Source: Methanomassiliicoccaceae archaeon
GTDB taxonomy: Archaea; Thermoplasmatota; Thermoplasmata; Methanomassiliicoccales; Methanomassiliicoccaceae
Direction of reading: 5' to 3'
Assembly (NCBI GenBank): GCA_040776945.1
Contig: JAXGZN010000001.1
Coordinates: 448,001-512,000 of the forward strand
Length of the DNA: 64,000 bases
The notes beneath the pieces were generated by a model that worked only from the letters and a program-made list of their open reading frames with translations, had not been told where the DNA came from and made no database searches. Positions 36,546 to 46,999 of this stretch are shown in pieces. Numbering within the stretch: the stretch's first letter is position 1; each line of letters begins with the position of its first letter. A program made the translations under genes and the position numbers.

Positions 36546-38438
36546 TCACCTGATCCTCCGGGAGACCCAGAAGTACATCCCGGCAAGGGCTGCGGTGGCC
36601 GCCATCGATATCATGGCCAGCGAGCTTTCTCCGTCCGGTCCACCAAGCACGTAGGTGGACTCGGAGAACGACGACGCTGAGCTCATGGACACCGGCTTTG
36701 CCAGCGAGGATGGTATGCCATGCGGGGGCGCTCTGAGCCAGCCGAAGAAGTTCTTCATCCAGCTAGAGCGCCAGGAGGTCACCGTCCGAGGCTTGGGGTC
36801 GCTGGCGGCGGTGCTGCCTCCGCCTGAGGGGCTCTCAGGAACAGGCTTTGCGTCGGGAGCATCGTTCTTGGCCTCGTCCTCGGCCGACGGAACGGTCTGG
36901 TCCGACGGTGGTGTGGTCGCATTGGTCGTTTCCTCGGTACCGTTATCGCTCAAAGCCGGCTCGCCATCATTCCCAGGCGCAGGGGTCGTGTTGCCCGCCT
37001 CCGGCGATGTTGGCTTAACTGGAGGCGCGGGGGGCGCAGGAGGCGCGGGGGGCGCGGGAGCCTCAGTGACGGTCAGAGCGAACTCTTGAGATATCGCCCT
37101 TCCATCGGCGGCCTTCGCGGTCACCTTAACATAGTAAGTGCCGGCCTGTGACGGAGTGCCGGAGATAATGCCGCCGTTCACCGATAGGAATTTGGCATTC
37201 GTGGTCAGTGAAAGGGTCGTTGAGATCGAGGTTGTAACACTGTAGGCGTACCGTGATCCGGCCTGAACGCTCGTCGGCGGAACGGAGGTGAACTTCAGCT
37301 CCGGCAGAGGGGCGCTGGTAACTGGATCGGGGAGGAGCCCTCCAGTGTATGGATATTTGGGGGTGCCGGTCAGGACCATCGTGCCTATCATCTGCCCTCC
37401 GGCGTTCCAGATGCTCTGCTCACCAAAGGTGTAGCGGGTGAGGGGGTATACACCGTTGTAGCCAAGCTCTCCCCAGTACAGGGGCTTGCCCGCTGCCCGG
37501 GCCCAAGCCTCCGGATCGCTGAACAAGTAAGCGTTGCTCGATCCCGTGGCCGAAGCGTAGTAATGGCGGTGCAGGATCTCGAACCCGCAGGACCCGGTGG
37601 CGAGGTTGAAATCGTTCTGGCCCCAGCTGAACATCTTGCCGAGCCCGGCAACGCCCATGGTCCTAGGATGCGAGGATACGCCGGCGGTCGCTGCGGCCAC
37701 CGCCTTGGCCCAGTTGTTGAAACCGACCTTTCCGCCGTGGCTGCTCCAATAGTTGTTGTATACCAGGTCATGGTCCGGCTCGTTGAACATGTCATACATG
37801 AAGATCGCATTCTGCCCGTCCAGGGCCTTCATGGTGTCCTTGACGTACGCGATGTAGTTGGAGTAGGCGCTGCTCGAGGTATCGAAGACCGAGCCAGAGC
37901 CGCCATATGTGTAGGTCGGGTACTCTTGGGAGCCGGCCATGACGAAGCACAACCATACACCATGCTGCTCGGCCTCCTCGCACATGGTCTTCAGGAGGCT
38001 GAAGTAAGCATCGCGGTGGTGCAGCCATGCCTCATATTGAAGAGATGATCCCCACTTGTCACCGGCGCCCATCCTGACAAGGTCGCAGTCGTAGTAGGCA
38101 GTTATGGCAAAGTACTGATGCCAGAACTGCTTGGCGGTCTCGTGGTAGGGTATGTACCCTTGATTGGAGGTGTCCGGTCCGTTGAGGTGCGATGTCTTCC
38201 CTGCGAGGGCCTTCTCACCGTTGATGTACGCGACGATGGCCCACTGCAGGGCGGTCGTCTCCACCACGCCGAAGAACTTCTCCGACGTGGGCTGTCCATT
38301 GATCAAGATGCTCGTGCCCGACACGCTGACCCGGCCATATGGCGCCGTGGCCGATGCGGAAGGCGCGTCGAGTATGACCATCGTTCCGGGCAGCAACAAG
38401 GCGATGACCGCCAGCGCTACCGCTAACTTGCGATTCAT
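36546..38438 (-). CDS. Secreted clan GH-A (GH5-like) glycoside hydrolase with Ig-like domain, Pro-rich linker and C-terminal anchor
   Basis: Signal peptide; MFNEP (acid/base) and YWGELG (nucleophile); ISGTPSQAGTY Ig repeat; APAPPAPPAPP linker; hydrophobic tail ending RRIR. Confidence 0.75.
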   Translation of the reverse strand: MNRKLAVALAVIALLLPGTMVILDAPSASATAPYGRVSVSGTSILINGQPTSEKFFGVVETTALQWAIVAYINGEKALAGKTSHLNGPDTSNQGYIPYHETAKQFWHQYFAITAYYDCDLVRMGAGDKWGSSLQYEAWLHHRDAYFSLLKTMCEEAEQHGVWLCFVMAGSQEYPTYTYGGSGSVFDTSSSAYSNYIAYVKDTMKALDGQNAIFMYDMFNEPDHDLVYNNYWSSHGGKVGFNNWAKAVAAATAGVSSHPRTMGVAGLGKMFSWGQNDFNLATGSCGFEILHRHYYASATGSSNAYLFSDPEAWARAAGKPLYWGELGYNGVYPLTRYTFGEQSIWNAGGQMIGTMVLTGTPKYPYTGGLLPDPVTSAPLPELKFTSVPPTSVQAGSRYAYSVTTSISTTLSLTTNAKFLSVNGGIISGTPSQAGTYYVKVTAKAADGRAISQEFALTVTEAPAPPAPPAPPAPPVKPTSPEAGNTTPAPGNDGEPALSDNGTEETTNATTPPSDQTVPSAEDEAKNDAPDAKPVPESPSGGGSTAASDPKPRTVTSWRSSWMKNFFGWLRAPPHGIPSSLAKPVSMSSASSFSESTYVLGGPDGESSLAMISMAATAALAGMYFWVSRRIR

Positions 38439-38617
38439 ATTAATCAACCATTCCCTCACGCGATTACTTTCTCGAAGACCGGGCCGTAGGGTACTTGAAC
38501 ATTTCTTCAACAGAAGCTAAATAAGATTCTGAGAATATAATTTGATAAATATTAATTTCCGGAACCACGTCCTTTCTGAGAAATACCAGCCAGCTCGTTA
38601 TGATAGGGGCGTGGTTA

Positions 38618-39700
38618 TCAGGACTCACCAGCGATAATGATGTCTCTCCCCTGTACTATCCCTAGAATGTAGGCCCGTGCCCGCTCCATCTCTGTGGTCC
38701 ATTCAGGAAGGGCGTCGTATCTTCTCCGCGCCTGGGCGGACATCTTCGCCCTTATTGCCGGATCGAGGAGCGCTTCGAGCGAGGAAGCGATGCCTTCCGC
38801 ATCCCCTCCGCGGGCCAGGAAGCCTTCCCGGCCATGAGAGACGATCTCCCTCGCCCCGCCGGAGGCCGGTGCGATCACCGGCAGGCCGGCCGCCATGGCC
38901 TCCACGATGACAAGGCCATAGCCCTCATGATAGGACGGAAGCACCAGGACGTCAGATGAACGTATTATCTCGTCCCGGTCCCGGTCGGAGAGGTGTCCGT
39001 GGAACCGCACTGTCTCCTGGAGCCCGGAGGATGCCACCTGGCGGCCGACCGATAGCATATACTCCGGGTCCAGGGGGGTTCCCACGACGTCCAGGGTGAG
39101 CGAGGACCGGGGCAGGGAGGCGGCGGCGCGGACCAGGACGTCGAGGCCCTTGTGAGGCAGGATGTTGCCGAGGTACAGCGCGCGCAGCGGTCCTGTCCTC
39201 GGCGGTCGGGGCTCTGCCGGCGATACGTGCTCCTTCCCTGGATGGGCTACCGCTCCCTCTGCCCCAAGGACCAATGATCTCACCGAAGCCCTGGTGGCCC
39301 AGCTGTTGAAGATGAAGCCATCGGCAGAGCGAAGATAGCGGCGTTCCAAGAGCCGATGTCTCGCAGCATTGGAGGGGCACCTGTCGGCCAAGCAGGTTAG
39401 ATGATGGACGATGGAGATAATCGGTACGACCGAGGAACGGCGGAACCGCTCATTGAGCAGGCACAGCGAGGGGTGGCTCAGCTCATCCTGCAGTATAGCG
39501 TCAGCGTCGATGGCAAGCATCCGCCTCAGGAGCCGAGGGTCAAAGTTGTCGATGAGCCCAGCGACCGGCGGCCTCGAAGGGATGGAGATGACCTCGACGT
39601 TATCGCCTCTCGAACGGAGGTGCCTGACCAGCATCCGGTCGTAGAGGTAGCCGCCGGTGGGCGTGTCCAGGCCACCGTAGATCATGAGGCCGAGCCTCAT
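38618..39700 (-). CDS. GT4-family glycosyltransferase
   Basis: TGGYLYD, LGNILPHKGL, PSYHEGYGLVIVEAMAAGLPV. Confidence 0.9.
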   Translation of the reverse strand: MRLGLMIYGGLDTPTGGYLYDRMLVRHLRSRGDNVEVISIPSRPPVAGLIDNFDPRLLRRMLAIDADAILQDELSHPSLCLLNERFRRSSVVPIISIVHHLTCLADRCPSNAARHRLLERRYLRSADGFIFNSWATRASVRSLVLGAEGAVAHPGKEHVSPAEPRPPRTGPLRALYLGNILPHKGLDVLVRAAASLPRSSLTLDVVGTPLDPEYMLSVGRQVASSGLQETVRFHGHLSDRDRDEIIRSSDVLVLPSYHEGYGLVIVEAMAAGLPVIAPASGGAREIVSHGREGFLARGGDAEGIASSLEALLDPAIRAKMSAQARRRYDALPEWTTEMERARAYILGIVQGRDIIIAGES

Positions 39701-40077
39701 GCCGGCGCTCCCTCGTAATCGGCCCATGCTGCCTGGTCCTCCCATATCTTGACCGAGATCGAGACCGAGGGATTTCCTAGACGGTCCCTGAGGCGATCGT
39801 GCACCTCCCGCGAGAGGTTCTCCAGGGACGGCGGCAAGACATGGAACTCCGGCAGCTCGTTGAGGCACCGCCCCTCGTACCGTTCAAGGACGACGGAGAG
39901 AGCGGCCTTCAGCTCGTCTATGTCGATGAGATATCCTTTTCCGTCCAGTTCCCGGCCGGCAACTGTCACTTCCACGAGATAATCATGGGAATGTTCCTTT
40001 TGTTCACGGGACGATGCTTGGGGAAGGTAGTGTCGAGAGCGGAGCCTCGAGCTGAGCCCGGTCCGGTACAAGCTCAA
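39697..40077 (-). CDS. 6-pyruvoyl-tetrahydropterin synthase (QueD/PTPS, COG0720) family protein
   Basis: HYL...HSHDY, GYLIDID, LNELPEF, PSLENL, IWE. Confidence 0.85.
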   Translation of the reverse strand: MSLYRTGLSSRLRSRHYLPQASSREQKEHSHDYLVEVTVAGRELDGKGYLIDIDELKAALSVVLERYEGRCLNELPEFHVLPPSLENLSREVHDRLRDRLGNPSVSISVKIWEDQAAWADYEGAPA

Positions 40078-41105
40078 TCCTCCGGATACTCCAAGATGAC
40101 CTGGATCGCGTCACCGGCGTTCTCATCGAGCAGCCTATAGGCCGAAGGGGCTTTCCCGAACGGCATTCGGTGAGTGATGAGCCTTGACGGCCTGAGGCGG
40201 GCGACGGTCCGCCAGGCCTCCTCAAGCCTGCGCTCCTTGGTCCACCGGGGGGACAACGGACCTCCGACAGTGCTCACCTGGCTGCTTATGATCCTAAGCC
40301 GCCGGCGGTGGAAGTCCTCTCCCAGCGGGCAACGGGGCGCATGGTTGCCGTACCATGAGCCCACGATTATCCGCCCTTCCACGCCGCACAGGCGGGTCGC
40401 CAGCTCCAAGGCATCAGGGTTTCCGGTCAGCTCGATCACCAGGTCCGCTGGCCTGCTCTCCAGACCGGCCGTTTCCATCAGACCGGATGGCCCCTGGCGG
40501 GGATCGAGGCTCGCGTCCGCGCCCATGGCCAAGCTCCTTTCCCTTCGCAGCGGCATAAGGTCCATGGTTACCAGTTGAGAGAGCGGAAGTAGCGCGAGCA
40601 CTGCCGTTGTCAGCAGACCTATCGTTCCCTGTCCCATCACGATCGCCCTCTCGCCTACCAGAGGAGCGGCGTCCATGACCAGTGACAGGGCCGTCTCGGT
40701 CGCCGGCAGCATGACCGCGTCCTCAACGCTGATGCCTGAAGGCACTGGAACGAGCTCGCTCAGAGGGGCGTTGAACAGGCTCTCATGGCTGTGGAAGCTG
40801 AACACGGTGCGTCCCTCCCAGCCGGTCGGAGCGCCATCGCCGAGTGGCTCAACGGTCCCCACGGTAGCGTACCCGTACTTGAACGGTCGGCGCAGGCCCT
40901 CCCGAAGCGTCGGGATGGTTGTGTCAAGGGGCGTCCCCTCGTTGACATGGCCGCGGTAGAACAACATCTCCGTGCCGGCACTGATGGCCGATATTAGGCT
41001 ACGCACCCTCACTTCACCTGGCCCGGGGTCCGGTACCTCCTCCCGGCAGAGCGTCACCTCCCGGGGAGCGTTGAAGTAGAGCGACGTCCGCATGTTCCTC
41101 TGCAC
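40074..41105 (-). CDS. Zinc-binding-type alcohol dehydrogenase (MDR) family
   Basis: SAISAGTE, GQGTIG, IIVGSWYG, FHRRRLRIISSQV. Confidence 0.85.
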   Translation of the reverse strand: MQRNMRTSLYFNAPREVTLCREEVPDPGPGEVRVRSLISAISAGTEMLFYRGHVNEGTPLDTTIPTLREGLRRPFKYGYATVGTVEPLGDGAPTGWEGRTVFSFHSHESLFNAPLSELVPVPSGISVEDAVMLPATETALSLVMDAAPLVGERAIVMGQGTIGLLTTAVLALLPLSQLVTMDLMPLRRERSLAMGADASLDPRQGPSGLMETAGLESRPADLVIELTGNPDALELATRLCGVEGRIIVGSWYGNHAPRCPLGEDFHRRRLRIISSQVSTVGGPLSPRWTKERRLEEAWRTVARLRPSRLITHRMPFGKAPSAYRLLDENAGDAIQVILEYPED

Positions 41106-41207
41106 GTCCGCTCTATTGGCAGCGGCCTGGTCATGTACCTATCGGGACCCGGCGGACAACATGGCCTGCTCCAACGTTTATTATCTCCCGGGGCCATTCG
41201 ATAGTCC

Positions 41208-41396
41208 ATGGTCACGGAGGATCGGGGCATCAAGGAACGATGCCTTTGGCATGCCGTTGACGGGCGGTGCGCCAATTGCAAGGCCAGGCGCATCCGGAAC
41301 GATGTTATGAAGATGAAGGACTATGAGATATGTGAGAAGGAGCGGGACTACGAGGGGTGCGAGTTCTTTGTCGAGAAACCGATCATCAAGAAGTAG
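41208..41396 (+). CDS. Small Cys-rich hypothetical protein
   Basis: 62 aa with five Cys; directly upstream of the HEAT gene. Confidence 0.5.
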   Translation: MVTEDRGIKERCLWHAVDGRCANCKARRIRNDVMKMKDYEICEKERDYEGCEFFVEKPIIKK

Positions 41397-41402
41397 GGCG
41401 CC

Positions 41403-41948
41403 ATGAACCGGGACGACATGCTGGACCTGCTGGAGAACCTGCTGCGGGACGATGAAAGGGATGGGGCGCTGGAGGAGCTGGAGCGCCGATCCCGGGACGG
41501 ATGCGCGGATGCGCGGGTGGTGACCTACCTGATACCTGTCCTTCACGTCCAGGACGTGAGGCCTAGGCGCAGGGCGTCCTGGTTGATGGCCAAGATGGCG
41601 CAGAACAAGACGGCCACCTTCTGGCCACTAGAAGAGCTGAACGGCCTGCTCCACGATGAGGATGCAGAGGTCCGAGAGAACGCCGCGTGGGCCATTGGGG
41701 AACTGACCAGCATGAGGGTCGGAGGGCTCGGCAGCATCGAACGCCTCAACCGCCTGCTCAGCGACCCGACGCCGAGCGTCAGGGGAATGGCCGCATGGGC
41801 CCTGGGCCGACTGGCGGAGCGGATGGGCATGGGCTTCCAATCGTCAATGGCACCGCTGAGGAGGCTCCTGGACGATCGCTACGATGGCGTGCGGAGGAAC
41901 GCCCAGTACGCCCTGGACCGGCTAAAGGCGGCGGGCGTCGACGAATGA
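41403..41948 (+). CDS. HEAT-repeat protein
   Basis: LLHDEDAEVRENAAWAIG, LLSDPTPSVRGMAAWALG repeats. Confidence 0.85.
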   Translation: MNRDDMLDLLENLLRDDERDGALEELERRSRDGCADARVVTYLIPVLHVQDVRPRRRASWLMAKMAQNKTATFWPLEELNGLLHDEDAEVRENAAWAIGELTSMRVGGLGSIERLNRLLSDPTPSVRGMAAWALGRLAERMGMGFQSSMAPLRRLLDDRYDGVRRNAQYALDRLKAAGVDE

Positions 41949-42025
41949 GCGCTTCCGCATTCCTACCGCTCCGATGGTCAAGTTCATTAGCGGAACTCTC
42001 ATAGGGCTCTCCGAGGTGTCAGCAC

Positions 42026-42904
42026 TTGAGCGCTCGCGAGGTCACCATCGGGCTCGTCCAGATGAGAATGGTGCAGGAGCCGGAGACCAATCTCCGGAAG
42101 GCAATGAGGATGATCGGAGAGGCTGCCGGAAAAGGTGCCCAGATAGTATGTCTGCCCGAGCTGTTCGTCACCCCTTACTTTCCGCAGTACGACACCGGCG
42201 CCGACCGCAGGCGAGAGAGCGTCTATAACGAGAGCATCCCCGGGCCGACCGCTGAGGCGCTGTCAGCCGCGGCCCGCGATGCGGAGGTGGTCCTCATCGG
42301 CGGCTCGCTGTACGAGCGCTCGGGGACGAGCCTCTTCAACACCACGCCGGTGTTCGACGAAGAGGGGACAATGCTGGGGATCTACCGCAAGACGCACATC
42401 CCTCATGACGAGGACTTCTACGAGCAGAGCTATTTCGACCGGGGCGATACCGGTTTCCAGGTCTTCAAGACCTCCAGAGGGCGCATCGCCCCTCTCATCT
42501 GCTATGACCAGTGGTATCCGGAGGCGGCAAGGTGCGCCGCACTGCAGGGAGCGGACATGGCATTCTATCCCACGGCCATCGGCACGGTGGAGGGTATCGA
42601 GCAGACGGAGGGGGATTGGCAGCAGGCCTGGGAGAACGTCATGCGGGGCCACGCCATCGCCAACGGAATGGTGGTGGCGGCGTGCAACCGAGCGGGCGCC
42701 GAGGACCTTATGGAGTTCTGGGGCGGCAGCTTCGTCATCGACGCTTTCGGGCGGACGCTCGCCCGCGGCTCCCGAGAGGAGGAGATCGTCCTTGCTACAG
42801 TCGACATGGAGCATGGGGAGAAGGTCCGCGAAGGCTGGAGGTTCTTCCACAACCGCCGGCCGGAATGCTATGGCAAGATAGTGGTGAATGATCGGAGAGA
42901 TTGA
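42026..42904 (+). CDS. aguB: N-carbamoylputrescine amidohydrolase (nitrilase family)
   Basis: LPELF, YRKTHIP, ICYDQWYPE, YPTAIG; adjacent to agmatine deiminase. Confidence 0.88.
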   Translation: MSAREVTIGLVQMRMVQEPETNLRKAMRMIGEAAGKGAQIVCLPELFVTPYFPQYDTGADRRRESVYNESIPGPTAEALSAAARDAEVVLIGGSLYERSGTSLFNTTPVFDEEGTMLGIYRKTHIPHDEDFYEQSYFDRGDTGFQVFKTSRGRIAPLICYDQWYPEAARCAALQGADMAFYPTAIGTVEGIEQTEGDWQQAWENVMRGHAIANGMVVAACNRAGAEDLMEFWGGSFVIDAFGRTLARGSREEEIVLATVDMEHGEKVREGWRFFHNRRPECYGKIVVNDRRD

Positions 42905-43991
42905 GATGGAGAAGACGACCCCGAGGTCCCTGGAATATTACATGCCCGCGGAGTGGGCGAAGCATGAAGCGACCTGGCTATCGTGGCCGAAGAACCCCCT
43001 GACCTTCCCGGACGGCGTTCTGCCCGGTGTGGAGAAGGTTTACGTGCAGATGATCGCCGCCCTCAGCCCTGGGGAGAAGGTCAAGTTGTTGGTCAACGAT
43101 GAGAACGCCGAGAGGCACGTCCGCCGGCTGCTCCAAGGTTCAGGCGCTGTGATGGAAAACGTCATTTTCATGCACATACTCTCCTCGGACGTTTGGATCA
43201 GAGATTACGGTCCCTCCTTCCTCGTCCACATGGAAAAGGGCTGGCGAGCCGCGGTGAAATGGAGGTTCAATGCATGGGGCGGGAAATACGACGACATAAT
43301 GTACGATGATGTGGCCGGCGAGGACGTCGTTCGGGCTGCCAGGGTGAAGGTATTCCGGCCCGGTATCGTGATGGAGGGCGGCTCCATCGATGTTAACGGC
43401 CGAGGGACGGTCCTGACCACGGAGCAGTGCCTACTGAACCCCAACCGCAACCCCAAGTTGTCCAGGGAGGACATCGAGAGCTATCTGGAGCAGTACCTAA
43501 ACATATCAAAGGTAGTGTGGCTGATCTCTGGTATCGAGGGCGACGATACCGACGGGCACGTCGACGATTTCGCCCGCTTCGTCGGGCCCGAAACAGTGGT
43601 GTGCGCCTACTCCGAGGAGGGGAGCGGCCATAACCCGGAGGTTCTTTCCACCAACCTGAAGATATTGGAGGAGTACCGTGACAACTACGGGCGGCCTTTC
43701 AAGGTCATCAAGCTGCCCATGCCTACGCCCATTCCGTTGCCCGAAGAGGAGCGGGTGCTTCCGGCCAGTTATGCTAACTTCTACATAGGGAACGAGGTCG
43801 TGTTGGTCCCGGTTTTCGATGACCCGATGGACGATGAGGCGGTGCGCATCCTGGCAGAGTGTTTTCCAGAGCGCAGGATGGTGCCAATAATGGCCCGCGA
43901 CCTGGTATACGGTTATGGGGGATTCCACTGCGTGACCCAGCAGGAGCCGGCGCCGACCGAGCGGAAGAAAGCCGCCAAGACCACGGGTTAG
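42888..43991 (+). CDS. aguA: Agmatine deiminase
   Basis: MPAEW, WIRDYGP, EGGSI, DTDGHVD, SYANFY, GGFHCVTQQ. Confidence 0.93.
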   Translation: MIGEIEMEKTTPRSLEYYMPAEWAKHEATWLSWPKNPLTFPDGVLPGVEKVYVQMIAALSPGEKVKLLVNDENAERHVRRLLQGSGAVMENVIFMHILSSDVWIRDYGPSFLVHMEKGWRAAVKWRFNAWGGKYDDIMYDDVAGEDVVRAARVKVFRPGIVMEGGSIDVNGRGTVLTTEQCLLNPNRNPKLSREDIESYLEQYLNISKVVWLISGIEGDDTDGHVDDFARFVGPETVVCAYSEEGSGHNPEVLSTNLKILEEYRDNYGRPFKVIKLPMPTPIPLPEEERVLPASYANFYIGNEVVLVPVFDDPMDDEAVRILAECFPERRMVPIMARDLVYGYGGFHCVTQQEPAPTERKKAAKTTG

Positions 43992-44001
43992 GGAGCGGAG
44001 C

Positions 44002-44643
44002 ATGAGCTTGGACCTCTCCCTTTACGTGGTCACCGACCAGAAGCTGTCAAGAGGGCTCGGCCATGAGGAGGTTGCTCGGCAAGCGCTCGCGGGCGGAGCG
44101 GACGTGATTCAGCTAAGGGATAAGGACCTGTCGGGAGCGGAGCTGTATCGCCTGGCGTCGAGGATCGGGGAGCTGACGCGAGAAAGTGGTGGGACCTTCA
44201 TCGTCAACGATCGGCTGGACATAGCCCTGGCGGCCGGAGCGGACGGCGTCCATCTGGGACAGGACGACCTGCCGGTGAGGGCCGCCAGGTCCGTGGCTCC
44301 AGGACTGATCATAGGTGCTTCGGTATCATCGGTGCAGGAGGCCATGAGAGCAGAGCGCGATGGTGCCGACTATGTTGCCATCAGTCCGCTCTTCGATACT
44401 GGGTCGAAGGACGATGCGGGCCCAGGTAACGGCCTGGAGGCCTTGAGACAGGTCAAGGGAGCGGTGTCCATACCGGTCATCGGCATAGGGGGCATCGACC
44501 GCTCCAATGTCCTCGATGTCATCGCCGCGGGGGCCGACGGCGTGGCGGTGATCTCCGCGGTCGTCTCCCAGGACGACATTGCCGCCGCCGCGCGCGACCT
44601 TAGGTCCCTAGTAGTGAAGGCCAGAGAACGGAAGGGGGCCTAG
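44002..44643 (+). CDS. thiE: Thiamine-phosphate synthase
   Basis: IQLRDK, IVNDRLD, GVHLGQDD, IGGI. Confidence 0.95.
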   Translation: MSLDLSLYVVTDQKLSRGLGHEEVARQALAGGADVIQLRDKDLSGAELYRLASRIGELTRESGGTFIVNDRLDIALAAGADGVHLGQDDLPVRAARSVAPGLIIGASVSSVQEAMRAERDGADYVAISPLFDTGSKDDAGPGNGLEALRQVKGAVSIPVIGIGGIDRSNVLDVIAAGADGVAVISAVVSQDDIAAAARDLRSLVVKARERKGA

Positions 44644-44726
44644 AGCGTGCTCTGCTAGATGAGGGTGCATCTGACGCCTGCCTTTGGCCGGTCCCGGCCC
44701 TGAACGCCGATCGCTCTGGACCGCGT

Positions 44727-45644
44727 TCATTCGGGGAACAGGTCGGTGCTGAGATATCTCTCTCCGAAGTCAGGCGCGATGGTCACGACCTTCTTGCCCG
44801 GCCCTAGCTCCATGGCCACCTGCAGGGCGGCATGCACCGCCGCGCCCGAGGATATGCCGGCGAATATGCCTTCCATGGTCGCAAGCTTCCTTGTGGTCTC
44901 CTTCGCATCCTCGTCCTTCACCTTTATCACCCGATCTATGAGCTTAATGTCCAGGACATCGGGCACGAAGCCGGCACAGATCCCTTGGATGGCGTGAGGA
45001 CCAGGGGTTCCGCCTGACAGTACCGCCGAGGATGATGGCTCGACGGCGATTATCCGCGCAAGGCTTCCGGAAGCGCGCAGCCTTCTCCCTATGCCGGTTA
45101 TGGTGCCACCAGTGCCCACTCCGGCGACGAACGCGTCCATGTCCGGCAGGTCCTCAAGCAGCTCCACCGCGGTGGCCTCATAGTGCGCCTGGGGGTTGGC
45201 CGGGTTCTCGAACTGCTGAAGGAGCAGCGAACCGGGCCTCTCGGCGTTCAGGGCCTTGGCACGCTCGACCGCTCCGGTCATTCCCAGCGATCTCGGCGTC
45301 AGAACGAGCTCGGCGCCCATGGCCCGGAGGAGCTTCCTGCGCTCGACGGACATGCTCTCCGGCATGGTCAGGACGAGCCGGTAGCCTTTCACCGCGCACA
45401 CCATCGCCAGGCCGATGCCCGTGTTGCCAGAGGTAGGCTCCACGATGATGTTCCTATCTGGCCCGAGGATGCCTTTCCTCTCGGCGCTCTCTATCATGGC
45501 AAGAGCTATGCGGTCCTTCACCGACCTCATGGGATTGAACGATTCGAGCTTGACATACACTTCCGCCGAGCCCTTGGGAGGCATCCTGTTCAGTCGAACC
45601 GAGGGCGTCCTCCCGATGATCTCGAGAATGTTCGCGTACTTCAC
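44727..45644 (-). CDS. cysK: Cysteine synthase A
   Basis: SVKDR, EPTSGNTG, QQFENPAN, GVGTGGT. Confidence 0.93.
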   Translation of the reverse strand: MKYANILEIIGRTPSVRLNRMPPKGSAEVYVKLESFNPMRSVKDRIALAMIESAERKGILGPDRNIIVEPTSGNTGIGLAMVCAVKGYRLVLTMPESMSVERRKLLRAMGAELVLTPRSLGMTGAVERAKALNAERPGSLLLQQFENPANPQAHYEATAVELLEDLPDMDAFVAGVGTGGTITGIGRRLRASGSLARIIAVEPSSSAVLSGGTPGPHAIQGICAGFVPDVLDIKLIDRVIKVKDEDAKETTRKLATMEGIFAGISSGAAVHAALQVAMELGPGKKVVTIAPDFGERYLSTDLFPE

Positions 45645-45732
45645 CCTATCACCGTGCGGTCATGACCTGGGAGCCCCTCCGGTTAAACCTTCCTGCTCAA
45701 CGATCGCCGCGGCTAGACCGAAAGGAGGGATC

Positions 45733-46533
45733 TCAGAGCGTCCGGACACGGGCGCTTCTCCTCAGGTCCTCTGGGACCAGGGCGGCGACCTCGTCCATGA
45801 GCATGGACCTGAACGAGTACGGTCCGTAAGCCTTCCCGGCCGCCCTCTCCCCGGCAATTCCAAAGGCCGCCAGGGCCGCCGCCGATGTTGCCACGCGGTC
45901 CCTCGAGGCAGCGGCGAAGGCACCTGCCAGGGAAGAGGCCATGCATCCCGTGCCAGATATGCGGCCCATCATTGCGTGCCCGTTCTCCACTATAACGGTC
46001 CTCTTTCCGTCGGTGACTATGTCGGCTGCGCCGCTCATGACCACTACCGCCCCTGTCACGTCCGCAAGGCCGCGGCAGACCTGGACTGGATCACCGGTCA
46101 TGCCTTCCGAGTCGACGCCCCTCACAACGCCACCGGTGCCGGCAAGGGTTCCGATCTCTCCGGCATTGCCCTTTATTATGTTGATGTTCAGCTGCTGCAG
46201 CATCCGGGAGGCGACCTCGGTACGGTAACGGGTGGCGCCCGCCCCTACAGGGTCCAGGATGATCGGGACACCAAGCTCGTTGGCCTTATGCCCGGCGATG
46301 AACATGGATTCCACCTGCTTCTTCCTCAGCGTGCCGATGTTTAGGACAAGCGCGCCGGCCAGGGAGACCATGTCGGCCACCTCCTCCTTGGCCTCTGCCA
46401 TCACCGGAGCGGCCCCGATGAACAAGGTGATGTTGGCGCAGTCGTTGACCGTTACATAGTTGGTTATATGATGAACAAGCGGCCTCCTCTCTCTGAGGAT
46501 GCGCAGTAGCTCGGATAACGTCCCTGTGTCCAT
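45733..46533 (-). CDS. thiM: Hydroxyethylthiazole kinase
   Basis: [37 protein letters not shown]. Confidence 0.95.
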   Translation of the reverse strand: MDTGTLSELLRILRERRPLVHHITNYVTVNDCANITLFIGAAPVMAEAKEEVADMVSLAGALVLNIGTLRKKQVESMFIAGHKANELGVPIILDPVGAGATRYRTEVASRMLQQLNINIIKGNAGEIGTLAGTGGVVRGVDSEGMTGDPVQVCRGLADVTGAVVVMSGAADIVTDGKRTVIVENGHAMMGRISGTGCMASSLAGAFAAASRDRVATSAAALAAFGIAGERAAGKAYGPYSFRSMLMDEVAALVPEDLRRSARVRTL

Positions 46534-46702
46534 GATCGTCCCTGCTGTTCCACCGCACGCCAAGGGCGGCGGTACGGACTAGATGGCACCCAGATATTTA
46601 TCTCTTGATTCCGAACCACATGGACAGCACGCTCATGGGCGACCGACCAGAGACCACAGTTTCATGAGGAGGAAGGCGTTATCTACTTCCCGGGATGCGG
46701 AC

Positions 46703-46957
46703 ATGAGGAGAAAGAGGCCGCCCATGCATGGCGGGATGACCCGGGACGAGTTCGAGGGGCTCCGGGAGGACATTCAGGCGCTGATCAGCGAGCATCCTCG
46801 CGCCAAGTTCACAATAGTGCTGTTGGACGAGGAAGGGCACCGGACCGAGGACCTGAACAAGGCCGTCAAGTACGGCCTCACGGCATATGAGGACGATAAG
46901 CTGATCCTCGAGGAGCTCGGCAGGGTCGACGATGGCATGATGATAAAGGAGCTTTGA
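46703..46957 (+). CDS. Hypothetical protein
   Basis: Host-like codon use; start uncertain. Confidence 0.5.
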   Translation: MRRKRPPMHGGMTRDEFEGLREDIQALISEHPRAKFTIVLLDEEGHRTEDLNKAVKYGLTAYEDDKLILEELGRVDDGMMIKEL

Positions 46958-46999
46958 GCGGGCCTGCCGGAATGAAACGCACATGATCGGAAGTGGCTA

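Noticed and set aside
35417-41105. Possible island at tRNA-Val
   Set aside because: No duplicated tRNA end and no integrase; composition is host-like.
44657-44703. Possible C/D box sRNA (AGATGA...CTGA...CTGA)
   Set aside because: Non-canonical C box, first guide only 8 nt, no C' box.
44971-44990. CysK QGICAG in place of QGIGAG
   Set aside because: A single substitution; cannot be distinguished from neutral variation or error.
46534-46620. TPP riboswitch expected upstream of thiM
   Set aside because: Only a GC hairpin; the conserved TPP motifs are not visible.
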